Notes under the pieces: model-generated
The model's input: the letters and a program-made list of their open reading frames with translations, nothing else
Databases searched by the model: none
What the model was told of the DNA's origin: nothing
Part shown: positions 29,760 through 41,318 of the stretch, piece after piece
How positions within the stretch are numbered: position 1 is the first letter of the stretch
Layout of the letters: every line of letters begins with the position of its first letter
Source: a virus
Lineage: Duplodnaviria; Caudoviricetes
Strand: one strand, 5' to 3'
IMG/VR virus record: IMGVR_UViG_3300021400_000063
Length of the DNA stretch: 64,000 bases
Made by a program: the position numbers and the translations under genes

Positions 29760-31302
29760 ATGTCAGAAGAAATGTGTGTAGATGTAGCTATGAATGAAGA
29801 AGATAGTATGCCTAGAAAGATGTATTCGATTGAACAATCTGATGAACGAAAAGCTAGTGATGAGTTTGAAGATGAGTGTTGTGAAAAAGCATGTGATGTT
29901 GAAGTTTCTGAGAAATTGAAAACTGAAAAGCGTGGTTTATTAAAACAGTGTGATGAAATTAATAGACAAAACGATGTTAGTTTCATATCAAATATAAAGT
30001 TTGGATCTGATTATGAAATAAAATCTGAAGATAAATATAATATTATTAAACGATATTCACCGACAATGAAAATGGTTTTTAGACATAAAACTTCTCTTGA
30101 TGATCCGAAATTATTATTTACTATAAATATGATTAAGTCTAAACCTAATAAAGTTTTAAAAGAATTGGATTCTTTGGAAACGGTTAATAAATTATTTAAG
30201 TTTGGTAATTTAAATGATATTCGTATTATACATTTAAGTAAACGTACACTCGATCCAATGAATATCGGAAATTATAAAGAATTGAGATTACGTTCTGAAC
30301 ATGATGAAAAAACTAAACCTAATAATTGTACGTTTTTTAAAACTGGACAGTTAAGTTTAGATTATGATAATATTGGGTGTGATTATTCTAATTTTTACCC
30401 TGCAACTATAAACATCATATATTCTAATTTAAAACGATATTTTATGGATTTATGTAATACTTTACCTTTATATGATTATTCAAATGCTAAAGTTGTAGGA
30501 TTGTTATATAGTGGTGGTAAAGATTCTACTTGTAGATTATTAGAATTGTTGGAACAAGGTGAACATGTTGTACCTATTGTAAATACATTCAATTCTCATG
30601 ATAGTACAGATTTATTACTTCGCGACATAGCAACTGTTTATAATCTTTCTAAAGTGTACAAAACTAATAAATTTAAAGGTACATTATATAAACCTAAGTT
30701 TTTAACTTATTTGAGTTGGGGTTTTGATTCCGATTATCTTGGATTATGCCAACAACCATATAACATGATGTCGTTAACCGCATTAGGTAATTCATTTTTA
30801 AATAATTGTAAACGTATAGAATGTTGTTTGATTAATGGTGATATGGGAGTTTCTTATATTTCAGAAATGACAAAACTGTACAAAACTGTACAAAACTGCA
30901 ATGAAATTTAATTATAATGTTGTAAATGGTAATGTTAAATCTATACCGCCACTAGTTTTCCCATATATAAAAATGATTAAAGATAATATCATTGAAAATT
31001 TAGAAGTGCGACTTGGTAATATTATAGATGATAAATCATTTTATACAATAATACCAACCTGTCAAAAAATTACCGTTCGTTCTATAAAAATAGCTTTTAG
31101 TCAAAATAAATATTGGTTATACATTTCATTAGAAAATTGTGGAAACTGTTCATATTGTAAAACTCATGATAACAATTATTACTACACAATATGTATACCT
31201 CTTAGTGAAACTAAACCTATTGATAAGAACGATATAGTTTTATCAAGTGATGAAATATGTGATATAAATTCTAGATTTTCTAATATTTTTAGAGCTTACT
31301 AA
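29760..31302 (+). pseudogene. QueC-like PP-loop ATPase split by a 10-nt tandem duplication
   Basis: LLYSGGKDST in the first ORF; FPYIKMIK, TCQ and CGNCSYC in the second; deleting one CAAAACTGTA copy (30871-30890) fuses them as MTKLYKTAMKF. Confidence 0.7.
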
Positions 31303-31344
31303 AAAATAAATATTAATAGATGGGATTGTATCCCATCTATTTTT

Positions 31345-32322
31345 TTAATAGTTCATAAGAAGTTCTATATTAATTCGTTTATTTTTTGGAACGTTTAATA
31401 TTTCATTCACTTTATAAATACTATTATCTTTTATAACGTGTCTCCAGTTTCTCATAGTTACTTCTATCATATTCTTATAAATTAATGAGTTTAAATCACC
31501 CTCCAGTTTTTTTAATCTGTTTTCGATCTTTTTCATTTTTGTGAATTTTTTGATTATTAATAATTTGGTTTTTATATCATTAAAATCTTCGGTTCTATGT
31601 TTCTTTATAAAATCCATAATTATATTATCGACTTTAAATTTATTTGTCAATTGTAATTCATTTAAAGTTTCATATATGGTTAACAAATTTATTACAGTAT
31701 TCATGTATAATGGTTCTACATCTGATAAATTTTCTTCTTTAAAATTTTGAAAACCGTATAAATGTATTCCATCATTATTTATAAAGAAATAATAATTTTT
31801 TGTAAGTTTATAAATCAATTCATTCATATTGAATTTACAAAGATCGAAGAATAATATTTCTTTATTTGAATCGGAACGACTAATACAAATAGTTCGTATC
31901 AGATTATACTTCATGAAGAAACCTTGATTAAAGTTATCATAATAATAAATATAAATTCTAGGAATCATTGTTATTAAAGGAATTAACTTTTTAATTAAAG
32001 TTGCGATATTTTCATCAGATTTATATTTATTAACATTGATTCCTATATAAAAGAAACTCATAGCATCTAGATTATTATAAAAATATCTTTTATAATGTGC
32101 TATTAGATTTAAGAATTCTGTTATAAATTCATTAATATTTTGCTCTGTAAATTTAACATCTTTATCATAATCTATAGCATAAAGATATTTACCCATAATA
32201 TAATCAAAATCTAAACAAAAGTAAATAGTTTTTTCAACATCAGTTCGTTTAAAATATAAGTCTAATTCTGAATATTTTATTTTTTGTGAATTAAACATAA
32301 TACTTATTAATTCATTACTCAT
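31345..32322 (-). CDS. hypothetical protein
   Basis: Long ORF; GGAG SD favours ATG 32322. Confidence 0.7.
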   Translation of the reverse strand: MSNELISIMFNSQKIKYSELDLYFKRTDVEKTIYFCLDFDYIMGKYLYAIDYDKDVKFTEQNINEFITEFLNLIAHYKRYFYNNLDAMSFFYIGINVNKYKSDENIATLIKKLIPLITMIPRIYIYYYDNFNQGFFMKYNLIRTICISRSDSNKEILFFDLCKFNMNELIYKLTKNYYFFINNDGIHLYGFQNFKEENLSDVEPLYMNTVINLLTIYETLNELQLTNKFKVDNIIMDFIKKHRTEDFNDIKTKLLIIKKFTKMKKIENRLKKLEGDLNSLIYKNMIEVTMRNWRHVIKDNSIYKVNEILNVPKNKRINIELLMNY

Positions 32323-32404
32323 ATTTTCTCCATGTAACACTAAATGAATATATAATTATATTAAATTACACATATTAATATACATATTCGGAGGGCATTA
32401 AATT

Positions 32405-32626
32405 ATGTTATTGAAAATACTTCCCAGTAAGAAAAAGTTATTTGGAAAAGCAAAATACAGTGCAAATGTAACTATTTTAGAAAATAAAAATATTAAATGT
32501 ATTAATTGTAAACGAAATATTGAATCTGGTGAACCTGTATTTGAAACTGGAAGGTTTAATAAATATTATTTATGTGAAGCTTGTACAAAAGCTAAAGGAG
32601 TTTATAATGAAACAAATAGTAAATAA
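32405..32626 (+). CDS. small zinc-binding protein
   Basis: CINC...CEAC; GGAGG-like SD. Confidence 0.7.
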   Translation: MLLKILPSKKKLFGKAKYSANVTILENKNIKCINCKRNIESGEPVFETGRFNKYYLCEACTKAKGVYNETNSK

Positions 32627-32906
32627 ACATACTATTATTAGATTAATTAAACCAGAAAATAATAGTGTGGAAAGTATCAAAAAAGAAATCAATAAAAATA
32701 TTGATGATTTATTTAATCGTGTTATGGGAAATTCAGATAATGAAAATTTTCAAATATCTGAATTATCTATTAAACGTTTTGATGACAAATTAGTATTGGA
32801 TGATAATTTATATTATGTTCCTGAGTTAGAATCTTATAAAAAACTTGAAAAAGAGTATCGTATCGAGATAACAGCAAATGTTATACGAAATGATCCAGAT
32901 CAATAA
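32607..32906 (+). CDS. hypothetical protein (start revised)
   Basis: AAGGAG SD before ATG 32607. Confidence 0.7.
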   Translation: MKQIVNKHTIIRLIKPENNSVESIKKEINKNIDDLFNRVMGNSDNENFQISELSIKRFDDKLVLDDNLYYVPELESYKKLEKEYRIEITANVIRNDPDQ

Positions 32907-33015
32907 TTTTATAATAATTTTGTCTGTAGTCTTCGGGCTACAGATATTTTTATTTATATACTTATTTAATGATTTTGAAACAGTATAGTATAAATCTTAT
33001 TGGAGGAAAATTTAA

Positions 33016-33912
33016 ATGTATGAACCTTTAAAAGATACCAAAAAACTTATAGAAAAACTTAAGAAAGTTTGTACAGCTATGAGTAAATATAATTTAAACT
33101 CACCATGTTTATTACAAATGATAAGAATGAATGGTACTTATGAATTTATTCTTTCTCATAATCCGAAAAATGGTGATAATTTTGATTATTATAAAATTTT
33201 TAGCACTGTAACATTTGATGAATTTTATATTAGTGAAGAAGATCAGAAATTATTTGTAGACAATGATGAACGTGTTTCTATACCAATTGTAGTATCATCT
33301 TGTGATTTGTTAGGAATTAAATCTCTTATGAGTCACGATGACATTATAAAAACATTCTTAACTAAAACTTATGATGTGTGTTTGGATTCTTGGTATATTT
33401 TTCCAAAACTTATGTTACAAGCTATTAAGGAAGAAGTTATTTTAGGTTTTGAAGTTATGAATCTTCCTACACCTAGAAGAATAAATCAATATTTATTTCA
33501 AATAAATATTAAGTTTAACCCACTCGATAGATATAAACATACATTATTTATAGCAAATTCTGAAAGACTTGATAAGATATTTAATCTTAAAGTTCTTCCA
33601 TTAGAAAGAGAAAATGCGGTAACTGATATCCTTTTCAATTTGTATTTAGATTCAAATGTTTCTTATTTAACTTTAGAGCCTAAAGCTTGGGAAGAAGTAT
33701 TTGAAAAAAATAAATATATGAGCGGAATAAGATTAAATGGATTCAATAATCATCCATTATTAATCTATCATAATGATTTCATGCAAAAGAAAATAGTTTC
33801 GGGTTTTGTATCAAAAAGCTATGATGAACGAAATATTGTAACATTGAATTTTGATATAGAATTAACTGGTGGAATACATACATATTTTAAATACAAATAT
33901 TACGAAATATAA
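33016..33912 (+). CDS. hypothetical protein
   Basis: GGAGG SD; AACA-N6-TATAA at 32979. Confidence 0.75.
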   Translation: MYEPLKDTKKLIEKLKKVCTAMSKYNLNSPCLLQMIRMNGTYEFILSHNPKNGDNFDYYKIFSTVTFDEFYISEEDQKLFVDNDERVSIPIVVSSCDLLGIKSLMSHDDIIKTFLTKTYDVCLDSWYIFPKLMLQAIKEEVILGFEVMNLPTPRRINQYLFQINIKFNPLDRYKHTLFIANSERLDKIFNLKVLPLERENAVTDILFNLYLDSNVSYLTLEPKAWEEVFEKNKYMSGIRLNGFNNHPLLIYHNDFMQKKIVSGFVSKSYDERNIVTLNFDIELTGGIHTYFKYKYYEI

Positions 33913-33930
33913 TAAAAGGAGAAATTTAAA

Positions 33931-34095
33931 ATGGAACTTTTTGAAAGATTAGGTTTTAAATCTGAAGAAGATTTTAATAGATTTAAAGAAACATTTGGAA
34001 ATTATTGGGGTGTAATGCTGCTGATGATGGATCCAGCATATTATGGAAAACTAATATCTAGAGAATTTAATATTGAACGACCAACATTCGATTGA
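33931..34095 (+). CDS. hypothetical 54-aa protein (not in ORF track)
   Basis: AAGGAG SD, MELFERLGFK...RPTFD. Confidence 0.65.
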   Translation: MELFERLGFKSEEDFNRFKETFGNYWGVMLLMMDPAYYGKLISREFNIERPTFD

Positions 34096-34128
34096 ATTAT
34101 TAATTATAAACAAAATATAAAGGAGTAA

Positions 34129-34641
34129 TTGATGAAAAATTTAATTAATGATCGTCTTACTGAAGACGAAATTAATGAACTTAATAAAGTTTTAACTGAT
34201 AAGAATATCGATTTTGATGATGGTGATAAACGAATTGATGATAAGTTTATTCGATCTGTAGATTATTTCTTTAAACATCAGAAAACATTTAGTAAAATGT
34301 CTCTTGTTGATGTTTTTAAATGGTTTTATTATCTTGGAGTTAATACTGAACCTGATTCTAAAGAAATTTCTATGGAAGAAGTTATGAAAATGATCGACGA
34401 TCAAAATTTCATAGAAATGGTATCGAACTTTATTAAAAATCCGATGGCTAGCGAAAAATATACAGTCGATATCAATGCTGCAGATAATGTAGTACGCTTG
34501 ACACAAAATTGTATAGGATCGGAATGTTCTTGCTCTCCACAACGAGAAGATTGTTGTAAAAATAATTGTGGCGATAAATGCTCTATTATAATTCCGATGT
34601 CTAAATTTAATGAAATGATAAACTTTAAGGAGATCAATTAA
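34129..34641 (+). CDS. hypothetical protein with Cys-rich C-terminus
   Basis: AAGGAG SD. Confidence 0.7.
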   Translation: MMKNLINDRLTEDEINELNKVLTDKNIDFDDGDKRIDDKFIRSVDYFFKHQKTFSKMSLVDVFKWFYYLGVNTEPDSKEISMEEVMKMIDDQNFIEMVSNFIKNPMASEKYTVDINAADNVVRLTQNCIGSECSCSPQREDCCKNNCGDKCSIIIPMSKFNEMINFKEIN

Positions 34642-35325
34642 ATGAAAATTGAAAAAATATTAGATACGATAATGGATATGTATAAGAAAAATACATTAAA
34701 TAATAGAGATCATTTAACTATTAAAAGCAAAGATAAAACTTTTATTGGCGCTCGTTTTACTGATTTTTCCTATAATATTTGGTTTGATACATATCACTAT
34801 CTTGTTTTTGATATTATAAAAAATATTGATTTTGATATGAATATAACTTATCTAAATTCTGATGATTTGAATAAAACATGTGTAATGGATATTGACATGA
34901 AATTAAAAGACTATAAAAAACTTGTTCGTCTTTTACATTTATTAGATGATAGAATTAGATTTTTAAAACGTTTGGAATATTATAAACGGTGTATAATTTT
35001 TATGAATGATATTTCAAAAAGATATAATTATGATTTAAAAAATGATGATAAATTATTTAAACGTTATGGGTTTGTTTTCGATGGCTATATGTTTAATTCG
35101 AATCTTATTTCTAGACCATCCGATATTCAATCTATAACATATGAAAAATTATACAAAATGCCTAAATTATATAGAAAGCTTTTATTAAAGAATAAAAAAA
35201 TAATAAAATCTTTAATACATAAGTATTGGCCTAAGTATTTAAATCGTAAAGATATTAAACGACTTATATTTTCTGTAAATGATTATTATTTTAAATATAT
35301 TGAAACGGGATTAGTTTATAGATAA
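34642..35325 (+). CDS. hypothetical protein
   Basis: AAGGAG SD, abuts the upstream gene. Confidence 0.7.
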   Translation: MKIEKILDTIMDMYKKNTLNNRDHLTIKSKDKTFIGARFTDFSYNIWFDTYHYLVFDIIKNIDFDMNITYLNSDDLNKTCVMDIDMKLKDYKKLVRLLHLLDDRIRFLKRLEYYKRCIIFMNDISKRYNYDLKNDDKLFKRYGFVFDGYMFNSNLISRPSDIQSITYEKLYKMPKLYRKLLLKNKKIIKSLIHKYWPKYLNRKDIKRLIFSVNDYYFKYIETGLVYR

Positions 35326-35370
35326 AAAAATAAATTATTTATATAGTTTGAGTTAAAGGGGGATTTTAAA

Positions 35371-37161
35371 ATGGGTAAATATATTTTGAATTCCATGTAT
35401 TTGAAAGCTAGATGGAGAAAAGCTGATAAAATTAATCCTTTCTCGGATTTCAATATGGAAAAAATATCAGACGATTGTTTGATACAAATTATAAAAGATG
35501 ATGAAACTAATACATCAGAAATTCAAATTATAGAAAGACCAACGATTGAATATTATACAGTTATAGATGAACAAAATTGTAAACCTTACAATCAAATGTA
35601 TATTGATCGTGATTTGGTTGAACCACATACAGTTGAATATTCAAAACGTGAAGGAGATATTTGTAAATATCTAGGAATTTACGATGAATACAAACGTTTA
35701 AAAGCTGAAGCTAATAAATATCATACAGATCCTGAAATGGCTAAAATGGATAAGATGAACTTTAAGAAATTTATGAATAATAAAGTTTATATGAGTCCAC
35801 TTATCTATGAGGCAGATTTGGCTATTGAAGATTATTATAAAACTGCTTTTATGAAAAAACATGGTAGTAAACTTCCTCGTGTTCTCAATATAAGTTATTA
35901 TGATATCGAAACCTTTATCTATCGTTTTAAAGAGCAGGTAGATCAGAATAATCCATTGGCTCCAATTTCAATTATCACATATTACAATAATAAACAGAAT
36001 CATTTCTATGCACTTTGTTTATTCTTAGATGAAATTAGAGAAGTTCAGCAAGAAGTTCAGAAAGATATCGATGGATACATTAATGAATATATTCGTGAAG
36101 ATTTTGAAAAGATTCCTGATTGTAAAATCAATATTAAATTCTTTGAATCTGAACGAACTATGTTACAGGCATTCCACCAATTGATTCAACAGGATAAACC
36201 AGACTTTGCAATGGCTTGGAACAGTAATTATGATAATAAATACATGTTGGGTCGTGAAAAGATTCTTGGTTTGGATATTACAAATCTCTGGTGTCATCCT
36301 GATGTTCCAGAACAGTATAGACAATTCTCATTCAATGAAGATCCTCAGAGAAAAGAGAAAGTTTATAATGCTGGTGGAGATTCTGGAAATAAGAAACACT
36401 TCTCGAGATTGTGGGATTGGATTGTTGCTCCAGGTTATACAACTTACATAGACCAAATGTCGTTGTATAGTAATTTGCGTAAACGAAGTATTGAACGAAG
36501 CTACAAATTGGATGCTATAGCTGAAAAAGAAATTCATGCTAATAAAGTAGATCTTTCTGATTTTGGATATAACATTCGTAATGCTATCGTTAAAGATTTT
36601 AAAATATTCTTAAAATACTCTATGCGTGATACTGCATTACTTCATTTACTTGAAGAACGTAACCACGATTTGATCACTTATCTATCTCTTGCAGATAATA
36701 CAGATACAAAGAATGGTGTAAACGTTAGTATTATTATTAAGAATGCATTCTACAATAGATTCTTGGATAATAATCAAGTTATGGGTAACACTATTGATTA
36801 TGGTGTTAAAGAATCAATCGATGGTGCTTTAGTACAAGATCCATTATTATTGGAAGTTCCTCCAGTAGAAATTAATGGGCATAAAACTAAAATATTCCGA
36901 AATGTTGTAGATTGGGATGCCAAATCACTTTATCCATCTCTAATGTGTCAACATCAAATCGGTCGAGAAAATCAGAGATATAGAATTCTCAATATTACAG
37001 ATCAGTATGGTAATTTCATAATGACTGGCCAGGATTATAATCAATATCTTCAAACTAAAGATGTTAGTATTATTGATCTTTGTCATGAACTATACGATTT
37101 ACCAAATATCGAAGATATTCTTAGCGATGTTGAAAACCAATTAAAACGAGTTTGTGCTTAA
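35371..37161 (+). CDS. split family-B DNA polymerase, N-terminal part (3'-5' exonuclease plus motif A)
   Basis: ExoI YYDIET, ExoII AWNSNYD, SYKLDAIA, ExoIII YSMRD, DWDAKSLYPS; ends before motifs B and C. Confidence 0.85.
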   Translation: MGKYILNSMYLKARWRKADKINPFSDFNMEKISDDCLIQIIKDDETNTSEIQIIERPTIEYYTVIDEQNCKPYNQMYIDRDLVEPHTVEYSKREGDICKYLGIYDEYKRLKAEANKYHTDPEMAKMDKMNFKKFMNNKVYMSPLIYEADLAIEDYYKTAFMKKHGSKLPRVLNISYYDIETFIYRFKEQVDQNNPLAPISIITYYNNKQNHFYALCLFLDEIREVQQEVQKDIDGYINEYIREDFEKIPDCKINIKFFESERTMLQAFHQLIQQDKPDFAMAWNSNYDNKYMLGREKILGLDITNLWCHPDVPEQYRQFSFNEDPQRKEKVYNAGGDSGNKKHFSRLWDWIVAPGYTTYIDQMSLYSNLRKRSIERSYKLDAIAEKEIHANKVDLSDFGYNIRNAIVKDFKIFLKYSMRDTALLHLLEERNHDLITYLSLADNTDTKNGVNVSIIIKNAFYNRFLDNNQVMGNTIDYGVKESIDGALVQDPLLLEVPPVEINGHKTKIFRNVVDWDAKSLYPSLMCQHQIGRENQRYRILNITDQYGNFIMTGQDYNQYLQTKDVSIIDLCHELYDLPNIEDILSDVENQLKRVCA

Positions 37162-37223
37162 TTATAAAAGTGTGGATATTTATCCACACTTTTTTTATAT
37201 ATTATATTTTTGAAGAGGTATAT

Positions 37224-37394
37224 ATGGAAGAAATAAAAATTGATCCGAAAACTTGTTACACTAGTTATGCGGAACAAGAAATAGAGGATGATAACCCTCC
37301 AATTCCTGAAAAACTTTACAATAAAATAAAATCTAAAGGCTATGAGTCTCTTAGAGAATATGCTTTTTATGAGCATGGTGTAATAATGCCTTAG
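37224..37394 (+). CDS. hypothetical small protein (start revised to MEEIK)
   Basis: Promoter motif near 37196, GAGG SD, terminator. Confidence 0.65.
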   Translation: MEEIKIDPKTCYTSYAEQEIEDDNPPIPEKLYNKIKSKGYESLREYAFYEHGVIMP

Positions 37395-37537
37395 TTTTTA
37401 AAATAGGATCAATAGCGATCCTATTTTTTTGCAAATGGTTTATGATGCTTGATATATTATAATTATGGATAAAAGATAGAGAGGGGTGTTCATGCACCCC
37501 TCTCTAAATATAGCTTTTACCAAGGAGGTGAAAAACT

Positions 37538-37678
37538 ATGGAAGGTAAACAATTGTTTACATACCATTATAGTGTAAACTATAATGGTTTTCCAGTCACT
37601 AAGACCAAATTAGTGACAAGACAGGAATTTATTTCCGTTACAGGAATAGACCCTGTCACAAACAAATGTATATTTTAA
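37538..37678 (+). CDS. hypothetical 46-aa protein (not in ORF track)
   Basis: AAGGAGGTG SD, early promoter near 37451, GC-rich leader hairpin, terminator. Confidence 0.7.
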   Translation: MEGKQLFTYHYSVNYNGFPVTKTKLVTRQEFISVTGIDPVTNKCIF

Positions 37679-37842
37679 TTGTTAATATACATTTATTAAA
37701 TATAGAAGAGGGATTAATCTCTCTTCTTTTTTTGTAAAAGGTTTATATTATTTGATATATTATAATAATGAATAAAGGAAGTTAAAAATGTTAAATAAGT
37801 AAAAAGAATAAAACATTTCTCCTTTATTCAAGGAGAAAAATT

Positions 37843-38034
37843 ATGAATGAAGATATTATGAAGAAGTTTAAGGATGCTATGAATTCCTTAAACGATGAAG
37901 ATATGGAGATTGTATCAACCAATCTCCATAAAAACAATATGAGAATTGAAAGAGATATTCGATTTTCATATTTAACAAGAGAATCATCTCAACCAACTAA
38001 TAAAAGAAGTTATACTTCTATGAGAGTTGGCTGA
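37843..38034 (+). CDS. hypothetical small protein (early cassette)
   Basis: Promoter motif, AAGGAG SD, terminator. Confidence 0.7.
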   Translation: MNEDIMKKFKDAMNSLNDEDMEIVSTNLHKNNMRIERDIRFSYLTRESSQPTNKRSYTSMRVG

Positions 38035-38131
38035 GATTAAGAGATAGGAAATTAAGTTTCCTATCTTTTTTTTAATTATATATTTTCTCCTTAACAAGAA
38101 AGTGTACATATTCTTTGGAGGATTAAAAATA

Positions 38132-39745
38132 ATGGCTAAGTATTTACAAACAATTAGTGTAACTGAAGATGAGGTTAATAAAGCAAGGTTAGAACCTTTT
38201 GAAGAAAGAAATAAAAATATTGTTGTAGAATTTGATAAGATTTTTACAAATGAAAATTTTAATGTTTACAATAAGTTTGTTACAGGTATTGGTAAGAAAC
38301 GCGTTTATTCTTCCATGGCTACAGATATATGTAATGATAACAACATGATTCTTAATCAATGTGACCCACAATTGAAAATGAGAATTCTTTATTCTTATTT
38401 CACTATTAAGAAAGCAATCGATCTTAAGAAATTTGTTAAGGTTGATGATGAAAGTGCTTTACAACAGTATGGTGCTGAAGCACACAGAGACTTTGGTAAA
38501 TATGAAAACTTTATCAACTTCCTCATTTCAACTTTATTTACAGTTGATTTTATTGAAGCTATTAAATCTTATGTTGAAGAACATTATGAAGTTTCTGTAG
38601 ATGAAAAAGAATCTGCTAATTATGCTGAAGCTACAACATTTACAAATGAACATTTGAAACTTATCTATACAGCATCTTATATGACTAAATTTGCAATCCC
38701 ATTATGTACACATTATATCTTTATCAACTCTGATCTCAATATCGATGTATTCAATTTCATGTACACTATTTTTGATGCTATCTTTAAGATTATCGTTGTT
38801 GGTACAAATTGTTCTAATTTGATGAATAAACTCTATCAATATTGTGATAGAATTGTTTCTCGAACAGAATCTTCTAATAAACGTATTTGGGATAGTTTCC
38901 CTATGTTTAATAAAACTCGCGAATCAATTGTTGACGAATTGGTTATCAAAATTGTAACAACAATTATTCCTAAAGCCGATCTTAAGAAATCAGTTATTAA
39001 ACTTATTGCAGTTGTAGCTCGCATGAGTATTATGGAATTCCAGATCCGCGCAAACAATCCTTACGATTGTTATAGAATTAATGATAGTGATAATTCATCT
39101 GATGATGAAGATAAATTGTCAGAAAATGATATCTTCGATATGTTCTATCGTAATACTGATGAATCTATTGTTATTCTTAATAGATATGCTAATGATGATG
39201 CTATTGAATGTATCTGTAGAAGAAATAATGTTTACATTTCTCAGGAAGAATTTGAATTCTATAAAAAGAATTATCAGTTGCATTATTTCACAGTAAATAT
39301 TGTATCTACTGTATTTGCTAGATTCTTCTCTGGTGTAGATAATGTAAGATCTTGTACATTTGATCAGTTTGTTAAATTGGTAATCGTATTAATTCATAAG
39401 ATGAAAGATCTTGGTATTGAATATCTTCCACATTTCGTAACAGCAACACGTGCAAGCTATTCATTTACTAGAGCTCCATCTGTAAGTGTATTAAAACAAC
39501 TTAAGAATGATTATGATTACAATCAATTGATTGAAATCAAATATCGAAATATCAGAAGTGTATTTGAAATTAAAACAAGTACGTCTGATGAAAGAAATCC
39601 TATCAAAGATATGATTGTAAGCCTTATTCATAATGATTACATTTATAATGATTTTGGTGGAAAACACAATGGTGAAAAGATTCCTGTTGATGAATCCGCT
39701 ATTGTAAAAGATGTAATCAAAGTTTACAAACAAATGTTGATTTAG
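38132..39745 (+). CDS. probable sigma-like promoter-specificity subunit of the non-virion RNAP (phiKZ gp68/AR9 gp226-like)
   Basis: About 540 aa, helical; TTFTNEHLKLIYTASYMTKFAIPLCTHY recalls the gp68 family from memory; lies among nvRNAP and DNA polymerase genes. Confidence 0.5.
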   Translation: MAKYLQTISVTEDEVNKARLEPFEERNKNIVVEFDKIFTNENFNVYNKFVTGIGKKRVYSSMATDICNDNNMILNQCDPQLKMRILYSYFTIKKAIDLKKFVKVDDESALQQYGAEAHRDFGKYENFINFLISTLFTVDFIEAIKSYVEEHYEVSVDEKESANYAEATTFTNEHLKLIYTASYMTKFAIPLCTHYIFINSDLNIDVFNFMYTIFDAIFKIIVVGTNCSNLMNKLYQYCDRIVSRTESSNKRIWDSFPMFNKTRESIVDELVIKIVTTIIPKADLKKSVIKLIAVVARMSIMEFQIRANNPYDCYRINDSDNSSDDEDKLSENDIFDMFYRNTDESIVILNRYANDDAIECICRRNNVYISQEEFEFYKKNYQLHYFTVNIVSTVFARFFSGVDNVRSCTFDQFVKLVIVLIHKMKDLGIEYLPHFVTATRASYSFTRAPSVSVLKQLKNDYDYNQLIEIKYRNIRSVFEIKTSTSDERNPIKDMIVSLIHNDYIYNDFGGKHNGEKIPVDESAIVKDVIKVYKQMLI

Positions 39746-39848
39746 GTTATTCCAGAGCGTCGTTGACGAATTCTGTATAACATACTTTAAGCCATTGGAG
39801 GGAACGTTGTTAAGTGCGTTCCCTCCTTTTTTATTAAGGAGAATTAAA

Positions 39849-40010
39849 ATGGAATATAAACCTACAACGGAAATAGTTTTACCTAGAGGAAATGGTAAAT
39901 CTATGGAATGTCTTAAAGGATTATGCAAATTCTTTTATAAAAAATATTACGGTTTTGAAAAATATGAATATATTAAGAAACATGTTTATGAATTGGTTAA
40001 AAAAAAGTAA
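39849..40010 (+). CDS. hypothetical small protein (start revised)
   Basis: AAGGAG SD before ATG 39849. Confidence 0.55.
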   Translation: MEYKPTTEIVLPRGNGKSMECLKGLCKFFYKKYYGFEKYEYIKKHVYELVKKK

Positions 40011-40143
40011 ATAAATAGAATAGGGATTTGTATCCCTATTTTTTGTAAACCTATTATTCTTTTTTGTATATTATAACAATGAGTGTGGATGACTATAAAC
40101 TCTTAATAAAAATAAATTTAATTATAGTCAAGGGATAAGTTAT

Positions 40144-40530
40144 ATGAAAAAAGAACAGATTCTTAAAATGGCTGCTAAAACAGCTGAAGATTTTAATGAA
40201 GGAGATTTCTTCATTGGTTGCACTATTGAAGAAATTCTTCCTAATAAGAACAAGACTACACTTGTATGTGTAGACTGTTCTTGGTTAAAACCAGGTCAAC
40301 AAGCAATTGTTGATCGTAATGACCTCGATGAAATTGAAGAGAAAAATTTCTCTTCGATAAAAGTAGACACTGACTTTAATGAGTTAGTGTTTACAAAATG
40401 GTGTGATATGGTAGATGAAGATGGTGATACCCACCATTGTAAAATTGAAAGTTTTGCGGAGGTGTCCGATAATATCTATCAACCTGTGGAAACAGATGAG
40501 ATTGATTGGGTAGTTTATATCGAAATCTAA
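40144..40530 (+). CDS. hypothetical acidic protein
   Basis: Early promoter variant, SD, terminator. Confidence 0.7.
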   Translation: MKKEQILKMAAKTAEDFNEGDFFIGCTIEEILPNKNKTTLVCVDCSWLKPGQQAIVDRNDLDEIEEKNFSSIKVDTDFNELVFTKWCDMVDEDGDTHHCKIESFAEVSDNIYQPVETDEIDWVVYIEI

Positions 40531-40646
40531 ATCATCTCTCTTTTTAAAACAGAAAATTCGAAAGGGTTTTCTGTACCAGATTGCTCTGGTTTCTTTTTTT
40601 CATTTATATATTTTAACTATGAAACTAATAAGGAGGTATTCTAATT

Positions 40647-41318
40647 ATGACAATTAAGGAATACAATGAAGATGGTTCAGTATCAACTGAATTCAACGGA
40701 TCTCAGTATGAGTATGAACGTTGGCTTGAAAAAAGAGAGAAAGAAAAGGAATCTTCTTTTACAACCACTGTAAAAAGACCAAAGGTTGTTATTCAGGAAA
40801 ATGTTGAGAAAGTAACAAAATATGATGTTAAAAATGTTGTATTTTCAAAAGATGATGTGAAAGAAGCTTTCAAAAACAATCCTGAAAAATTACAGGAAAT
40901 CTTGAAAAATAAGCTTGAAGAAGGTGGAATTTCGAAGATGGATTATGATATTCCGATTACAGAAATCAAAGAAATCTTTAAGAAGAATCCTGAAAAATTG
41001 CAGGAAATTCTTGAAGCCGATATTTGTAACTATGGTAGATTCTATACAAAATTTACAGAAAAAGATATCAAAGATATTTTCCATGATGATCCAAACCGTT
41101 TACAGAAAGCAATTGAAACTATAAATGAAACACGTAGATTGGAAGCTGAAACTGAAAAAATGAGAGTCGCTTCAAATAGATCTATCATTAAAGGCATTTC
41201 AATTGGTGTTGGTGTAGGATTAGCAAGTATTGGTATTGGATGTACCATTTATGGTCTTGTTAAGAGAGACGTTATTCCATCTCCTAAAGAAGCTTGGTTA
41301 AAAGGAAAGAATTCCTAA
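40647..41318 (+). CDS. membrane-anchored protein with three internal KxxFKxNPEKLQ-type repeats
   Basis: Repeats visible in the translation; Gly-rich C-terminal TM; AAGGAGG SD. Confidence 0.75.
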   Translation: MTIKEYNEDGSVSTEFNGSQYEYERWLEKREKEKESSFTTTVKRPKVVIQENVEKVTKYDVKNVVFSKDDVKEAFKNNPEKLQEILKNKLEEGGISKMDYDIPITEIKEIFKKNPEKLQEILEADICNYGRFYTKFTEKDIKDIFHDDPNRLQKAIETINETRRLEAETEKMRVASNRSIIKGISIGVGVGLASIGIGCTIYGLVKRDVIPSPKEAWLKGKNS

